This document shows, piece after piece, positions 1 to 10,963 of a stretch of DNA of 32,000 nucleotides. The translations under genes were made by a program, and so were the position numbers. Under the pieces are notes generated by a model. That model had not been told where the DNA came from and did no database searches. It saw only the letters and a list, made by a program, of their open reading frames with translations. Position 1 is the stretch's first letter. Each line of letters opens with the position of its first letter. Source of the stretch: Okeania sp. Its GTDB lineage: Bacteria; Cyanobacteriota; Cyanobacteriia; Cyanobacteriales; Microcoleaceae. Where the stretch lies: assembly GCF_035285525.1 (NCBI RefSeq), contig NZ_JAYKGW010000141.1:1-32000 (forward strand), given 5' to 3'.

Positions 1-324
1 CGTTAACTCACTTGTGAAACCCGATTTTTCGGGAACCGTACCCGCCCCTGAGACGGTGGCTTGTATCATCAGGGGGCGGGTTGCTCTGACTTACTTGGAA
101 AACTCGTTAACTCACTTGTGAAACCCGCCCCTACTTGCCGTTCGCCCCTACTTGCCATTTTGCGTAAGTCCTGAAAAAATCGGAAAGTATAGCAATGTGC
201 GCACTTAATTTTTACAAATTGTAGGAGGTTTCCAATAGCCAAAAGCCTTATATTATAAGCCATTCATTTTCCCTGTTCCCAGTTAAGTGTTCCCTGTTCC
301 CTGCGTGCAGCGGTATAGCTATAA

Positions 325-1728
325 TCAAGTTGAGAAATTTTGCTCTAATAAATATTCTTGAAAAATTGGTTTAACGGCGAATAAGGTTGAACTTTGGTCT
401 TCGATTTTTTCTAGGAGCGATCGCTTTCTTAAAGACCTAACGGCCTTGAAAATATCGGAGTCGGAGCGCTCGCTATTTTCCCGAAACCAAGATATGGAAA
501 CAGGTTCTTTTTGAGAGCTTATTTGTAATAAAATCTGTTTTTCTAACTCAGATAACCGACTTAAATGTTGTTCTAAAATAATAGTTAATTCTTCTCCTAA
601 AAATAGAGGTTTGTATTGCAAATATTCTCCTACTCTACCTTCAAATAAGTCTTTAATTCCTGTGGCTGCAATTTTTAACCAGTGGGGGTTGCCTCCATAA
701 ATATGGATTAATTCTGACCATTTTTCTTTATCTAATAAACCTTCTTTTTCTAATATTTTATTGGCGGTTTTTCCTAAGTTTTCTAGTTTTAAACAGGAAA
801 TGGGGGCATTTTTATTTTTTAAATCGACTATTTCTAAAGGTAATTCCCAACTGTTAAAAATTAGACAGCTTTTATGGGATAGTTCAGCAATGGTTTGAAA
901 AAGGTTTCTATAGTTTTCGTATCCCGATTGATAATGACCAACTAATTTTTCTTTTTCTAAGATTTGATGGAGGTCATCTAATATTATTAAACAGCGATTA
1001 TTTCGTAAATATTCTATTAGTAAAGATAGCTGTTCTTCTTGTTTTTGGTTTTTGCCATTTTGGGGAGTATTAGAAAAAAATTGAATTAAAGATTTAAGAG
1101 TAGTTTCTAGGGTGGGTGCGCTACGAAAACTCCGCCAAATTATATAATCGAATTTATCTTCTATTTCTGATAGTAACTCAAGAGCGATCGCTGTTTTGCC
1201 TATACCGCTCATTCCCGATATTGCTATGAGGCGAGTTCGTTTTTCCAGGAGTAAATTTTTGAGGGTGGCGAGTTCCTGGGAGCGATCGCAACAATATTCT
1301 AGGTCTGGTGCTTCCGAGTGATCGATATGGGGTTTGCTGTTGTTTGGGGAAGGAGAACTATTTGTCTGTTCCTGTTTGGGAAGTGCTGACGGTTGTGAAG
1401 TGTTTCCGCAGACACTGACATTACCGATGTGTCCGATATGTCTACTGAAGACTGAGAGATTCGAGACTCGCCACCTGTCGAACATTGCTCGCAGATTAGA
1501 TTTCTTTATTTGTTCTCCATCGTCCAGACTGTGTGAGAGTGTTTTCCACAATCGAGAAGCCACCTTTTTAACATGAACCTCCGTACAATGATAGGAGTTA
1601 GCAATATCCGAGTATTTTTCACGCTCCCAGGTACCGCGCAAAATCGACTTTTGCAAGTCATCCAAGGGTTTTCCCGTGTGGGCCAAAACCTGTTGGTCTG
1701 CCCATGTTAATAATTCTTGGAAGTCCAT
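325..1728 (-). CDS. STAND-class P-loop NTPase (NACHT/NB-ARC-like) with N-terminal HTH-like domain and no C-terminal repeat sensor
   Basis: 467-aa ORF with Walker A GMSGIGKT and Walker B CLIILDDLH. The N-terminal ~90 aa resemble the sigma-70 region-4/LuxR-like HTH module that heads many cyanobacterial NACHT-WD40/TPR proteins. The ORF ends right after the NTPase/helical part. Confidence 0.75.
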   Translation of the reverse strand: MDFQELLTWADQQVLAHTGKPLDDLQKSILRGTWEREKYSDIANSYHCTEVHVKKVASRLWKTLSHSLDDGEQIKKSNLRAMFDRWRVSNLSVFSRHIGHIGNVSVCGNTSQPSALPKQEQTNSSPSPNNSKPHIDHSEAPDLEYCCDRSQELATLKNLLLEKRTRLIAISGMSGIGKTAIALELLSEIEDKFDYIIWRSFRSAPTLETTLKSLIQFFSNTPQNGKNQKQEEQLSLLIEYLRNNRCLIILDDLHQILEKEKLVGHYQSGYENYRNLFQTIAELSHKSCLIFNSWELPLEIVDLKNKNAPISCLKLENLGKTANKILEKEGLLDKEKWSELIHIYGGNPHWLKIAATGIKDLFEGRVGEYLQYKPLFLGEELTIILEQHLSRLSELEKQILLQISSQKEPVSISWFRENSERSDSDIFKAVRSLRKRSLLEKIEDQSSTLFAVKPIFQEYLLEQNFST

Positions 1729-2532
1729 GAGAATTGAGTGGGTTTAGTAGATTTAGTAGATAAGGTTACTTTATCCTACTTTTTCCTACTTGGTAAAGAC
1801 TAATTTAGATATCTCCAGAAAAAAGGGAGTAGGGATGTTGCAACATATTTGTAGGGACGTTCCATGGAACGTCCCTACAAATTAAGGGGAAATAATTGAT
1901 GATTTCTGTAGGACAATTAATGTTCTTTTTTCCAACATTTTTATCTTAATAATGGCTTTGTTGCATAAAAGTAGGGTTCTTAGCATCCATTCCACATTAA
2001 GAGATGAATATTCAGTGAGATGGGCATCCTGCCCGTCCGAAAATATAACTTTTTCCTACTTAGTTATTGGTAGTGGAACGTTTCATCTAAAACGGTGCAA
2101 TAGTAGGGGCGGGTTTTTGAGGAAATTTCCATGCTTACTCTAAAATTTACATAAACCCGCCCCTGGGACAGCGGCAAGGGGGCGGGTTTATCTGACAAAC
2201 CCATGAAAACTTGTTGTACGGACGTATCGCTGCGCGACATGAAGCGCATTTTTGTTATGCAACCTCCCTACGGTTAAACCCGCCCCTACATAGCCTGATT
2301 TCCTAATGCACTATTTAAGATGAAACAATCCACTACTGGACTAAAATATCACTTTTTCCTACTTAGTAGGGTAAAACTCAACAGAATAAACTACCTACTA
2401 AATCCAACTTTTTTTTACTGACAATATTGACTTTTACAAATAAAATTGCTAATAAATTGCGTAAAAAATCCGGTTGAGAAACCCAGTTTCTTTGCGTAAG
2501 GTGTTGATGGGGTAATTCCTGTTAGATTATAG

Positions 2533-4862
2533 ATGGAAGAAACTATGCTGAATTTATCGAATAATTATGCAGTCAGTGGCGCTGACTGCGTAACTCCACT
2601 ACCTGAAACTTTGGTGGCGATCGACTCCAGGGTTGAAGACTCTGAAATGTTACTTACAGGAGTTAAACCGGGGGTTAAGGCTGTAATTATAGATAGCGGG
2701 GAAGATGCTATTCCTCAGATTACTTTGGCTTTATCGAAATATTCTGCTCGTAATTTACAAATTGTTTGTCACGGCGAACCGGGTATTTTGTATTTGGGTA
2801 AAACTGCTATTACTGCTGCTACTCTGGAAGGATATTCCCATTTATTAGCGGAATGGTGTGTAGAGGATATTTTATTATTTGCTTGTCAGGTGGCAGGTTT
2901 TTCTGGGAATAAGGTTAATGGTTTATTGACTCGACTGCATGAGTTGACAGGAGCAAATATCGCTGCATCAACCCGTCGAGTGGGGAGTAAAGAATTAGAT
3001 GGTAGCTGGGAGTTGGATAGGGCGATCGGTGAGGTTAATTCTGAGTTGGCTTTTTTACCGGAAGTAGTGGAGAGTTATTCGGGAGTATTGGCAACATTTG
3101 GTCAAGCTACTACTTATCCTACAGGCGGCAGTGGAGGTGGTTTTCTAGATGTAGGGAATTTAAACGACGATGGCATCCCTGATATTGTTGCTAATAATTT
3201 TGAATCAGATAATGTCTCTATTTTTACAGGGAGACGTAATGGAACTTTTGAAAATCCTTTTATTATTCCAGCAGGAGATGCAGCTCACGGTGTCAATATA
3301 GGTGATTTCAACAAAGATGGCCTTGGCGATATTGTCGTTGGTAATTTTAATGACGATAGTGTGTCAGTGTTTTTAAATGCTGGTAACGGTGGTTTTCTGA
3401 CTCCTCAAACTTTTACAGGAATAAATGGACCTACAGAACTTCAAGTAAAAGATTTTAACAATGACAGTAACCTAGATATAGTAGTTACAACCCAATCCAT
3501 AGGAAATAGTATCATTACCTTACTAGGAGAGGAGATGGTAATGGTGGCTTTAGTCAGCTTACAACTCCAGCAACAGGTGCTATTCTTACGGCTACAGAAG
3601 ATTTTAATCAGGATTCAATCCTAGACCTTGCCACTACTCAATTCATTAATGGTAGTTTCACTCCTTTTATTTCCATCTATTTAGGCAATGGCACTGGTGG
3701 TTTTTCTACTCCTGTTCAATATAATACAGGTGGAAATTCCTTTGATGTGGAAGCAGGTGATTTTAATAATGATGGTAGAATAGACTTAGTTGCCTCTAAC
3801 CAAGACTCAGACAATATTGCTGTTCTATTAGGCAAGGGAAATGGAACTTTTGGTAGTCCTACCTTACTTGGTACAGGTGATGCACCTACTTGGATGAGTG
3901 TAGCCGATCTGAACAAAGACGGTTTTGATGATGTGGTAGTTGAAACGAGCAATAATCTTCTAGTCTTCTTAGGAAAGGGGAATGCTCAATTTGCTTCTCC
4001 TATCAATTTTCCCACAGCCGGAGGTACACACTTAGCAGATATTGACAATGACAATGACTTGGATATCATCGTGAACAGAGACTCTTCTGGTCTCTCAGTC
4101 ATCAAAAACACATCCCTCATCGGTAACAACAAAAACAACACCCTCAACGGCAATAACAAAGCCAACTTCATCAACGGCCTCGGTGGCAAAGATAAATTAA
4201 GAGGCAAAGGCGGTAACGATACCATCTTAGGAGGAGGCGGAAACGATCGCCTAGATGGCAACGGAGGTAACGACATCCTCACAGGAGAAGCAGGAAAAGA
4301 TATCCTTAACGGTGCAGCAGGAAACGACACCCTAACTGGCGGTAAAGGTAACGACACCCTCAATGGCGGCGGTGGACGAGACCGACTCAACGGTGACGGA
4401 GGCAACGATGTATTAATAGGCGGTAGCGGTAACGACACCTTAGTTGGTGGCAGTGGAAAAGATGAACTAACTGGCGGTAGTGGCAACGACGTACTCAATG
4501 GTGGAGGCGGTGCTGACAAATTTATCTATAACACTGGCAGAGGATTTACCAGAAAAAGTATTGGTCAAGACAAAATAACTAACTTTGTCTTAGGTACTGA
4601 TACAATAGTCTTAGATAAAACCACATTCCGAAGCTTAAACAGCAGAGCAGGTGACGGTTTTAGCAACGACAGTGAATTTGATGTAGTCAGGAACAACTCC
4701 GCAGCATCCGGTAGCAGCGCCGAAATAGTTTATGCATCATCCAGTGGTAACTTGTATTATAACCCCAACGGTAGCGATGCAGGTTTTGGTGGTGGCGGGC
4801 AGTTTGCCAAGTTAACTGGCGCTCCCGATCTAACAGAGAGCGACTTCTTGATTCAGAATTAG
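2533..4862 (+). pseudogene. DUF4347 / FG-GAP (VCBS) beta-propeller / RTX calcium-binding-repeat secreted protein, split by a 1-nt frameshift near 3526-3530
   Basis: ORF 2533-3624 carries a DUF4347-like N-domain (IVCHGEPGILYLG...ANIAASTRRVG...GSWELD) and FG-GAP-type repeats (DxNxDGxxDIVV...GNGTF). The protein continues without a break in the other frame, which is open from 3510: ...[30 protein letters not shown]..., running into ORF 3747-4862 with more FG-GAP repeats. About 12 GGxGNDxLx RTX nonapeptides follow. The repeat register predicts [13 protein letters not shown], which implies one missing base in the purine run ggagaggaga. Confidence 0.65.
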
Positions 4863-5287
4863 TTGTTGAGTAGAAACGTAGTAAAAACCCGGTTTTTTAG
4901 AAAAACCAGGTTTCTGGGTTGGCATTATACATCAATATTGTAGGGACGTTAGCATTTTTGTTATGCAACGTCCCTACTGTGGTTTACCGTGCAGGAAAAC
5001 CGCTGTAAGTAACAAGCTAACTTTTTCCATTGAAAAAGTTGACAACTTGCTACAAAAATTAGAAATCAAATAATTATCAATTATCCACGATCAAAGGAAC
5101 GGGCAAGATGCCCATGGAACAACACTATTAAAATCATCCCGGATTTACTGATAACTGATAACTGACAAAGGAACGGGCAAGATGCCCATGGAACAAAACT
5201 TTTTGAATCCAAAAAGTCTTCTATTTAGTACAAAAGTTAGCTAATCAAATAACTATCAATTATCCATTATCAATTATCCATTATCCA

Positions 5288-6166
5288 TTATTCTTCTGCT
5301 GCTTGCTGTATCAACTTCCGAGCTACAGATTGAGTACCTGTATGTTGAAAATAATTTGTTGTCTTATCCATAAACGCAGCTACAACATCTAAAGCGTCAT
5401 CAGAAAAGTCGATAAAACCACCGATACTGTCAAAAATACCTTCTGGCGTTAAACCAACTGAACCGACTAAGTTATCCATCCATCCCTGAACTGCTCCGAA
5501 ACTTTCAGTAATAAAGCCAAATTTGTCATCTCCAGGAATGGCATCGCTAACTGCACCAAAAACAGGATTATCCGCAAAAGCGCTTTCACCCTCTCCATCA
5601 AGGGTATCTTGTACTTTTTGCAGAAAATCTGGACCCAAAGGCAACAAACCATCAATACAAACCAAACCTGCCATTCGCATTAGAGATGGACCATGATACT
5701 CCTCTGCCAGGTTGGTCACAAATTCTCCAGGATTAAGAATAGGCAAACCATTGAGTTTACTATAAGCTATCAATTCTGCAACAATTTTTAGGCACAAGTC
5801 AACAGATTGAGTTGTATCAGCTTTGGGAGTTAAGGCGCCCAAAAAGCTTAAAAAGGGGATTTTTTCACTAACTATTTCGGCCATAGCTGCTGCTGCCAGA
5901 GCGCCATCTACATTATCAACTAGGTTATAATACCACATAGCTCCCTGATATCCATTATCCCCGTCATTGTATAGCTGGATCGCTTTGTTGCCGATCTCTA
6001 AAATTCTGTCGGCATCCGACTCTCCTGTGACTACTTCAATAGTTTGGTTAAAACCTACTACATTTTCCCACTCACCAGGAACTACAAAATCTAGGGCATT
6101 GAGTGTTTTGACTGTGAGATTATCACTAGGTAGTTCATCTAGTAATTCTTTAATTGAATCGCTCAT
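5288..6166 (-). CDS. acidic hypothetical protein (292 aa)
   Basis: Long ORF with a good RBS (AAGGAGTTAAAAATG on the minus strand). No motif that I recognise. Confidence 0.65.
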   Translation of the reverse strand: MSDSIKELLDELPSDNLTVKTLNALDFVVPGEWENVVGFNQTIEVVTGESDADRILEIGNKAIQLYNDGDNGYQGAMWYYNLVDNVDGALAAAAMAEIVSEKIPFLSFLGALTPKADTTQSVDLCLKIVAELIAYSKLNGLPILNPGEFVTNLAEEYHGPSLMRMAGLVCIDGLLPLGPDFLQKVQDTLDGEGESAFADNPVFGAVSDAIPGDDKFGFITESFGAVQGWMDNLVGSVGLTPEGIFDSIGGFIDFSDDALDVVAAFMDKTTNYFQHTGTQSVARKLIQQAAEE

Positions 6167-6220
6167 TTTTAACTCCTTTTTTCAATTATCAGTTATCAAG
6201 CAGATGCACTCTACCTTATC

Positions 6221-6311
6221 AGGACTTATGCACCAAGCACCATATCTAGTAGGGGCAAATGGCATTTGCCCTCTACAGATAGCGTTTTATCTAAGGATTT
6301 GCGTAAGTCCT
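6221..6311. mobile_element. MITE-like element, family with termini AGGACTTA(C/T)GCA ... TGCGTAAGTCCT
   Basis: 91-bp unit with inverted termini aggacttatgca / tgcgtaagtcct. Related copies lie at 11412-11501, 14732-14825 and 30136-30226. Confidence 0.6.
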
Positions 6312-6606
6312 GTTTATAAAACATCATATAGCAGTCCTACTAAATAGGTTGTCAGATTTTATCTTAGGGGTTTGGTTTGCAAATCTTTCGGAACTTGGCT
6401 TTGGAGACCAAACCCCTACAGTTTTTTCTCACAAATAATTTCTTATAGCTATATGACTTACGCAGAAACCGGGTTGATATAGAATCCCGATAATTAGTTG
6501 ATGAAAAACTTTTGTATGTCCTCTCTTGATTTTTTCTTTCTGCCCCCCTTTCAAAGGGGGGTTGGGGGGATATTTTCTACCGCCTTTCTTAGTGTTTATT
6601 ATACTT

Positions 6607-6981
6607 CTAACAATGTCTCAAATAATGAGCAGATACATAACCGTAACAAGGATGTGAAATTTTTGCCCAATCCCCGTGGTAAGCAATTACACGAACACGA
6701 GTACCTCGATGTAATCTGCCGACAATCTTACCCCAAGGATGTGTTCTCACTCGTAAATTTTTATAACGAGTTGCTACTCGACGACACTTACCATGATATG
6801 TATGAGCGAGTTGCTCTTCTCCTTGAGTTTGAGTAGGAACTGTAGTTACTGACTCATCAACAATAAGAGTCTTTGCAGATGATCCTGCTGCTATAGAACT
6901 AAGACTAATACTAGAAACAGCAGCAATAGATAATAAGGTACTCATTGCTGCAGATTTCGTCCAAGTTATCATCCGTTTCAT
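6607..6981 (-). CDS. small secreted protein with bacterial SH3 (SH3b)-like domain
   Basis: 124-aa ORF with RBS GGAGAAATAGAAAATG and an N-terminal hydrophobic signal-like segment. The C-terminal part LRVRTHPWGKIVGRLHRGTRVRVIAYHGDWAKISHPCYGYVSAHYL follows the SH3_3 pattern. Confidence 0.65.
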   Translation of the reverse strand: MKRMITWTKSAAMSTLLSIAAVSSISLSSIAAGSSAKTLIVDESVTTVPTQTQGEEQLAHTYHGKCRRVATRYKNLRVRTHPWGKIVGRLHRGTRVRVIAYHGDWAKISHPCYGYVSAHYLRHC

Positions 6982-7390
6982 TTTCTATTTCTCCACTAGG
7001 ATTTGAGAACTTCTGATATCTGGTTCATCTTCTCAGAAAATATTGTCTAAGGTAAAACATTTAATATTAATTTTATTTCATTAACAACTATAAAAATTGC
7101 CCTGAAAATATTGACATTAAACTAATATTATGATAAGCACAGAGAAGAGTGATTTTGTAAGCAATTAGCGGTCAACTATTTATTTTAGTTTGAGATAAGA
7201 TAAAAGCTTGGCTTTGTTGAGGTAAATTGAATCTTACTATCAAAACCGACTTGAAAGGTTATATTTATTTAAAGTCATTTTCAGCTCTTAAATAGGGTTT
7301 GCTGAATGGGAGCGCATTCCGCAGGAAATGCTTATACTTATATAATTATTGCTCATCAATTTATACTTTATTCTCTAGTTAAAAAGTCTT

Positions 7391-8131
7391 ATGTTATCTA
7401 ATCAAAAAATCTATGAAGGTAAAGCTAAAATTCTTTATACCACAAACGACCCAGAAATATTACTAACTTATTTTAAGGATGATGCGACAGCTTTTAATGC
7501 TCAGAAAAAAGGCAAAATAATAGGAAAAGGCAAGATTAACTGTACTATTTCTAGTTATATTTTTCAAATATTGAAAGCGAATAATATACCTACTCATTTT
7601 ATCGACTGTCCTCAATCAGATCAAATGCGAGTCCGAAGGGTAAAAATTTTACCCATAGAAGTTATTGTCAGAAATATTGCTGCTGGTAGTCTTTGCCGAC
7701 AAACTGGATTAACGGAAGGAACTATTTTGAAATTTCCCTTAGTAGAATATTGTTACAAAAATGACGATTTGCAAGACCCACTTCTAACACGCGATCGCCT
7801 TTTATTATTAGAGTTAGCTACCCCAGAACAATTAGACCAAATCCGAACCTTGACTTTGAAAATTAATGATTTGCTGACAAATTTATTTAACCAATGTCAA
7901 ATTACCCTTGTGGACTTTAAAATCGAATTTGGCCTAGATAAGGATGAAAATTTAATTCTCGCGGATGAAATAAGTCCAGATAGCTGCCGACTTTGGGACT
8001 TATCTCAAGCTGACCCAAACCAGCGAGTTATGGACAAAGACAGATTTCGTCGCGATCTTGGCAATGTAGAAAATGCATATCAACAGGTTTTGGAAAGAAT
8101 TTTAGCTCATCAAGGTTCAAATACCCCTTAA
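7391..8131 (+). CDS. purC: phosphoribosylaminoimidazole-succinocarboxamide (SAICAR) synthase
   Basis: 246 aa. N-terminus YEGKAKILY..., then DDATAFNAQKKG, VRNIAAGS and DEISPDSCRLWD...MDKDRFRRDLG are typical PurC motifs. Confidence 0.93.
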   Translation: MLSNQKIYEGKAKILYTTNDPEILLTYFKDDATAFNAQKKGKIIGKGKINCTISSYIFQILKANNIPTHFIDCPQSDQMRVRRVKILPIEVIVRNIAAGSLCRQTGLTEGTILKFPLVEYCYKNDDLQDPLLTRDRLLLLELATPEQLDQIRTLTLKINDLLTNLFNQCQITLVDFKIEFGLDKDENLILADEISPDSCRLWDLSQADPNQRVMDKDRFRRDLGNVENAYQQVLERILAHQGSNTP

Positions 8132-8197
8132 TATTGTAATATCTTACAATTTATATGAAAATTTCACTGCTTTGTGGATTTTACGGGATGTAATAAT

Positions 8198-10735
8198 ATG
8201 CGCTTGTCTCCGTTTTTAGTGGCCATTTTTGCTGTTTCATCAACTTTTGGCATCTCAAAGTCTGGTAATGCTCAAATATCAGAAACTGATATAGATAATG
8301 ATTTAAGTTCTGTATCAGTTATTTCAAAAACAGGGTTTACTCAATTTTCTTCTGCCAAGTCTGTGAATGAGAGTGAAAGTTCACGGTTCCCGATCAATCA
8401 GAATTTACTTTTGGCAAAATCAACAGAAATTAAATCTGAACCATCAGTTAATAAACAATTTATTTCGACGATTCCTAATCCAGAAATAATTGTCAATCAG
8501 AAGGAAAATTCTCAGAATTTACTTTTGGCAAAATCAACAGAAATTAAATCTGAACCATCAGTTAATAAACAATTTATTTCGACGATTCCTAATCCAGAAA
8601 TAATTGTCAATGAGAAGGAAAATTCTCAGAATTTACTTTTGGCAAAATCAACAGAAAGTAAGTCGGAACCTTCTATTAATAAACAATTTATTTCGACGAT
8701 TCCTAATCCAGAAATAATTGTCAATCAGAAGGAAAATTCTCAGAATTTACTTTTGGCAAAATCAACAGAAATTAAGTCGGAACCTTCTATTAATAAACAA
8801 TTTATTTCGACGATTCCTAATGAAGATGAACTGGTAAAACCAAATAGCAATATCAAACCTACTTCAACAGAATTAAAAGAATATACTGCCCCTTCATCAG
8901 AACAAGCACAAACTTCCCCAGGAGAACAAGAACCCCTAGTATTAGTCGCTGAAGTTTTTGTTAGTGGAGTAAATGATCCTGAACTCCTAGATCAAATTTA
9001 CCAAGTCGTCGGTACTCAACCAGGACGCACAACTACTCGCTCTCAACTACAACAAGACATTAACGCTATCTTTGCCACTGGTTTCTTTCAAAACGTGAGA
9101 GCAATACCAGAAGATACTCCCCTGGGTGTAAGAATTACTTTTGAAGTCACACCCAACCCTGTATTGACTGCTGTAATAGTAGAAGGAGCGCAAGTCTTTC
9201 CTGAGAGTGAAACCGAGAGAATATTCGGCAAGCAATATGGGGAAACTCTGAATCTAAATGTTTTAGAAAAAGGCGTTGAACAGGTTAACCAGTGGTATCA
9301 AGATAATGGTTATGTTCTCGGACAAGTGATCGGTGCGCCCCAAGTTGCTGATGATGGTACTGTCACCTTAGAAGTTGCAGAGGGAGAAATTAAAGATATT
9401 CAGGTGCGTTTCGTGAATGCAGACGGCGAAACAGTCGATGAAGAAGGTAACGAAATCGAAGGTAATACCCGTGAATATATAATCACCAGAGAAATTGAGT
9501 TGCAACCAGGGGATGTATTTAAGCGAGAGACAGCAGAAAAAGATATTAGAAGAGTGTTTGGGTTAGGAATTTTTGAAGATGTGAGATTGGGGTTAGAACC
9601 AGCACCAGACGATCCTAACAAAGCAGTTGTAACTGTGAATATTGTAGAGAAAAGTACAGGTTCTGTAGCACTTGGTGGTGGTATTAGTTCTGCAAGTGGG
9701 TTGTTCGGTACAGTAAGTTATCAACAGCAAAATATTGGTGGTAATAATCAAAAGTTAGGTGCTGAGTTTCAGGTTGGTGAACGCATATTTTTAGCGGATG
9801 TTAGTTTTACAGATCCTTGGGTTGGTGGCACTGATAATCGACTATCCTACACGGTTAATGCTTTCAGACGGCGATCTATTTCAGTGATTTTTGATTCTGA
9901 TGAAGATGCTGGTCAGCGGGATGTCGATTTGCCTTCGGATGGTGAGAACGGTGACAGACCAAGGGTTGTGCGGACAGGAGGTGGCGTTAGTTTCACTCGT
10001 CCGTTTATTCCTAATCCCTTTGTCGATCCACAGTGGACTGCTTCTTTGGGATTAAAATATGAACAGGTAGAAATTCAGGATGCAGATGGTGCAGTTCAAC
10101 CAAGGGATGAATTAGGTAATAAAACGACTGTTGATGATTCTGGTAAAGATGATCTATTTACTGTTCAATTTGGTATTGTCAACGATCAACGGGATAATCC
10201 TCGACAAACTACTTCTGGTAGTTTACTAAGGTTGAGTACAGAACAGTCTCTTCCTGTAGGTTCAGGATCGATTTTTTTCAATCGTTTACGAGCTAATTAC
10301 AGTTATTTTATGCCAGTAGATTTTACTCAGTTTACTGATGGACCTGAAGTTTTAGCAGTGAACTTACAAGGAGGTCATATCACAGGAGACTTACCTCCTT
10401 ATGAGGCTTTTCCATTAGGTGGTAGTAACACAGTCCGTGGGTATGAAGATGGTTCCCTGGCAGCAGCTCGTTCTTTTCTGTTAGCAAGTGTTGAGTATCG
10501 CTTTCCTATATTCAAGGTTTTTGGTGGTGCTTTATTTGTTGATGCTGCAACATCACTTGGTAGTCAAAGTTCTGTTATTGGTAATCCTGGAGGTGTCCGG
10601 CAAAAACCAGGAAATGGCATAGGTTATGGTGCTGGTATTCGGGTACAGTCTCCTCTCGGTCCGATTAGAATTGATTATGCTATTAATGATGAGGGTGATA
10701 GTCGTTTTCACTTTGGTATTGGTGAGCGTTTCTAA
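8198..10735 (+). CDS. Omp85/BamA-family outer membrane protein (cyanobacterial Toc75-like Omp85)
   Basis: The ORF is open from GTG 8174. ATG 8198 gives MRLSPFLVAIFAVSS, a signal peptide. POTRA-like region (VFVSGV...IYQVVGTQPGRTTTRSQLQQDINAIFATGFFQNVR). C-terminal beta-barrel with the VRGY motif and a terminal ...FHFGIGERF aromatic end. Confidence 0.9.
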   Translation: MRLSPFLVAIFAVSSTFGISKSGNAQISETDIDNDLSSVSVISKTGFTQFSSAKSVNESESSRFPINQNLLLAKSTEIKSEPSVNKQFISTIPNPEIIVNQKENSQNLLLAKSTEIKSEPSVNKQFISTIPNPEIIVNEKENSQNLLLAKSTESKSEPSINKQFISTIPNPEIIVNQKENSQNLLLAKSTEIKSEPSINKQFISTIPNEDELVKPNSNIKPTSTELKEYTAPSSEQAQTSPGEQEPLVLVAEVFVSGVNDPELLDQIYQVVGTQPGRTTTRSQLQQDINAIFATGFFQNVRAIPEDTPLGVRITFEVTPNPVLTAVIVEGAQVFPESETERIFGKQYGETLNLNVLEKGVEQVNQWYQDNGYVLGQVIGAPQVADDGTVTLEVAEGEIKDIQVRFVNADGETVDEEGNEIEGNTREYIITREIELQPGDVFKRETAEKDIRRVFGLGIFEDVRLGLEPAPDDPNKAVVTVNIVEKSTGSVALGGGISSASGLFGTVSYQQQNIGGNNQKLGAEFQVGERIFLADVSFTDPWVGGTDNRLSYTVNAFRRRSISVIFDSDEDAGQRDVDLPSDGENGDRPRVVRTGGGVSFTRPFIPNPFVDPQWTASLGLKYEQVEIQDADGAVQPRDELGNKTTVDDSGKDDLFTVQFGIVNDQRDNPRQTTSGSLLRLSTEQSLPVGSGSIFFNRLRANYSYFMPVDFTQFTDGPEVLAVNLQGGHITGDLPPYEAFPLGGSNTVRGYEDGSLAAARSFLLASVEYRFPIFKVFGGALFVDAATSLGSQSSVIGNPGGVRQKPGNGIGYGAGIRVQSPLGPIRIDYAINDEGDSRFHFGIGERF
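8399..8821 (+). repeat. in-frame 114-bp tandem repeat (~3.7 copies) in the Omp85 N-terminal linker
   Basis: Unit starts at 8399, 8513, 8627 and 8741 (38 aa: QNLLLAKSTEIKSEPSVNKQFISTIPNPEIIVNQKENS). Copies 1 and 2 are almost identical at the nucleotide level. Copies 3 and 4 share the variant agtaagtcggaaccttctatt. Confidence 0.95.
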
Positions 10736-10963
10736 TATTAGAGGTGTGGTCGTCGTTTCGCGTCAGCGTTATGGAGCAAATAACCGTGAATACCTGTGCA
10801 TGAGTAACCACTGACGGTAGGGACGTTCTTATGCAATGTCCCTACACATCAATGTTTTAGGTTATGTGACGCTTTGTATCAGTTTGATGAAGCAGCAGAT
10901 ATCTGAGACAAAATCTTTAACTAAGGTTTTTATTTCAATCAGCCACAAAAAAATGATAATCTT

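Noticed and set aside
69-263. 64-aa ORF at the window start, together with ORFs 1334-1576, 1952-2143 and 2064-2249
   Set aside because: They lie inside dispersed-repeat debris (AAACCCGCCCCT hairpins, a MITE terminus) or antisense to the STAND NTPase gene. No coding signal was seen.
3520-3540. Programmed ribosomal frameshift in the DUF4347/RTX gene
   Set aside because: No slippery heptamer or downstream structure was recognised. A simple indel or sequencing error in the purine run is the more economical explanation.
3986-4519. 177-aa proline-rich ORF on the minus strand
   Set aside because: It is the antisense reading of the GGxGNDxLx RTX repeat region. The low-complexity P/L/S composition is typical of a shadow ORF.
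6498-6836. 112-aa plus-strand ORF overlapping the SH3b gene
   Set aside because: It starts inside a CCCCCCTTTCAAAGGGGGG hairpin repeat and has no RBS or recognisable domain. The opposite-strand ORF has an RBS, a signal peptide and an SH3b pattern.
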